From Oculatellaceae cyanobacterium bins.114 (lineage in GTDB: Bacteria > Cyanobacteriota > Cyanobacteriia > Elainellales > Elainellaceae): a stretch of DNA of 64,000 bases. The translations under genes and the position numbers were made by a program. Location of the stretch: positions 32,001 to 96,000 of the forward strand of contig JANRJA010000203.1 in the NCBI GenBank assembly GCA_033764315.1, given 5' to 3'. Under the pieces are notes generated by a model. That model was not told the origin of the DNA. It did no database searches and saw only the letters and a program-made list of their open reading frames with translations. Each line of letters begins with the position of its first letter. Position 1 is the stretch's first letter. This document shows, piece after piece, positions 62,592-64,000 of the stretch.

Positions 62592-64000
62592 ATGACAACT
62601 TACTGGGCGATCGCAATTGGTATCAATCAGTATCGATGCTTCCAACCGTTAATGTATGCTCAACGGGACGCTCAGGCGTTGTGGAGTTATTGGGCAAGCG
62701 AGGGGCACTTTCCACCCGAACAATGTCTGCTTTTAACTGACGCCTCTGTAACGATCGATCAATCGACGCACGAACCCGATCGAGACACCATTGAAAACAC
62801 CATTGACTTTGTTTGTCAGCAATTGCAACCCGACGACGTGTTTTGGTGTTTCTTTAGCGGCTATGGGGTGCGCTTTCAAGGGCGCGATTATCTCATGCCG
62901 ATTGATGGCGATCCGCGTCAAGTGCCTATCACGGGCATTCCCATAGAGTCACTGTTCGCCACATTGCGGACGGCTCCTAGCAAAAACATTGTGCTGGTGT
63001 TAGACATCAACCGCAGTCAGGGAGTTTTAGACGGTGAAGGAGTGGGGCATGAAGCCATAGCACTGGCCAATCAATTTGGCATTCCTTTGTTGCTCTCTTG
63101 CCCACCCCACCAGTTTTCTCACGAGACGTTAGCCCTGCGCCAGGGTTTGTTTACAGCGGCTCTGTTAGAAGGACTGCGGTTTCAAGGTTGCGCCACGATG
63201 GGGCAGTTAGCCCACTACGTCAGCGATCGCCTCCCCGAACTCAGCGAACACCATTGCCGACCTCGACAAGATTCAGTAGCGATCGTGCCTGCGGCTAAAC
63301 AACATCTGCTCTTGGTGCCAGAACAAGCTCTGGTGATGGCAGGGGTGGCTTATTCTGCAAACCCATCCCCCACACAAACTCAAGGTGGAGTTCCCAGAGA
63401 AGGGGTCTTAGACTACAAGACTTATCCCAATGGCAGTGGCGGAGGAACAGCACCCATCCTCAACACTCCTTACCCCAATGGCAATGGGTTGGGAAATGGC
63501 AATTCCAATCCATCCGGAGCACCCGTAACATTAGACCCAGTAGCCGAGACATCACCCTCTGATGAAACAGACACACTGTTTTGGAAACGGTGGCGGCCCT
63601 GGGTGATCGGGGCGATCGCTCTGCTGATTCTCGCGGTGTTGCTGCAAAATCGCAATACGTTGAGCAATGACCCTCTGCCAGAACCATCGCCAACCTCGTC
63701 TGTTGTTCCTAGCCCCAGTGCAACTACCTCTGACACAACAAATCCTGCTCTGCCCAACGGCTCCAATTTAACAGCTCAAACCTTCAATCCACCGGGCACC
63801 CCTTCTGACCCAGTCGCACCCACTGAGAACCCTGACTCAAACCAGATTGACGCATCGCCTCAACCAGACCCCATGACCGCAGAGGGGGTCGCCCCTGCAC
63901 CTGAAGGTGTGACCATTCCCCCTGATCCGGTTGCGACGATCGCTCCTACCCAAAACACAGCGTTACAACAAACCAACCAGGCATTATTGCTTCAGGCACG
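62592..64000 (+). CDS. Caspase-family (peptidase C14) pseudo-orthocaspase with TM segment (3' end runs off window)
   Basis: Manual translation MTTYWAIAIGINQY...L.YAQRDA...FFSGYG...YLMPIDG...LVLDINR; later WVIGAIALLILAVLL and a Pro/Thr-rich region; absent from the ORF track. Confidence 0.9.
   Translation, partial: MTTYWAIAIGINQYRCFQPLMYAQRDAQALWSYWASEGHFPPEQCLLLTDASVTIDQSTHEPDRDTIENTIDFVCQQLQPDDVFWCFFSGYGVRFQGRDYLMPIDGDPRQVPITGIPIESLFATLRTAPSKNIVLVLDINRSQGVLDGEGVGHEAIALANQFGIPLLLSCPPHQFSHETLALRQGLFTAALLEGLRFQGCATMGQLAHYVSDRLPELSEHHCRPRQDSVAIVPAAKQHLLLVPEQALVMAGVAYSANPSPTQTQGGVPREGVLDYKTYPNGSGGGTAPILNTPYPNGNGLGNGNSNPSGAPVTLDPVAETSPSDETDTLFWKRWRPWVIGAIALLILAVLLQNRNTLSNDPLPEPSPTSSVVPSPSATTSDTTNPALPNGSNLTAQTFNPPGTPSDPVAPTENPDSNQIDASPQPDPMTAEGVAPAPEGVTIPPDPVATIAPTQNTALQQTNQALLLQA

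Larger units (their letters stand above)
1..64000. repeat. HIP1 octamer (GCGATCGC) dispersed through the window
   Basis: Very frequent GCGATCGC in coding and non-coding DNA, a cyanobacterial hallmark. Confidence 0.95.

Overview
Chromosomal window from a cyanobacterium, probably filamentous (dense HIP1 GCGATCGC octamers, heptamer tandem repeats, pipX/pipY, cpcT, ccs1). Most of it is core or housekeeping DNA: a group 2 sigma factor, purN, map, ccdA-ccs1, an SLH porin, cysK, hemC, glgA, the der-cbiQ-pipX-pipY-sepF-proC cluster and rpmF, plus several sensor kinases and a diguanylate cyclase. Three genes are missing from the ORF track: a parvulin-type PPIase running off the left end, rpmF (57 aa), and a membrane-anchored pseudo-orthocaspase running off the right end. 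The most unusual locus is a co-oriented four-gene cluster at 7005-12406 (-): a secreted two-domain protein, a translationally coupled small secreted Cys/Pro peptide, a TIR-TM-14xWD40 protein, and a TIR-TM-Cache-like-TM receptor. The sensor domain of that receptor is visibly homologous to the sensor of the histidine kinase at 38841-40619. Also notable are a canonical NtcA-type promoter and a Yfr1-complementary site upstream of the porin, a candidate two-Cys cyanobacteriochrome GAF in the diguanylate cyclase, and many short palindromic MITE/REP-like elements, some nested. I found no rRNA, tRNA, CRISPR array or transposase. All calls are by eye, without database searches.
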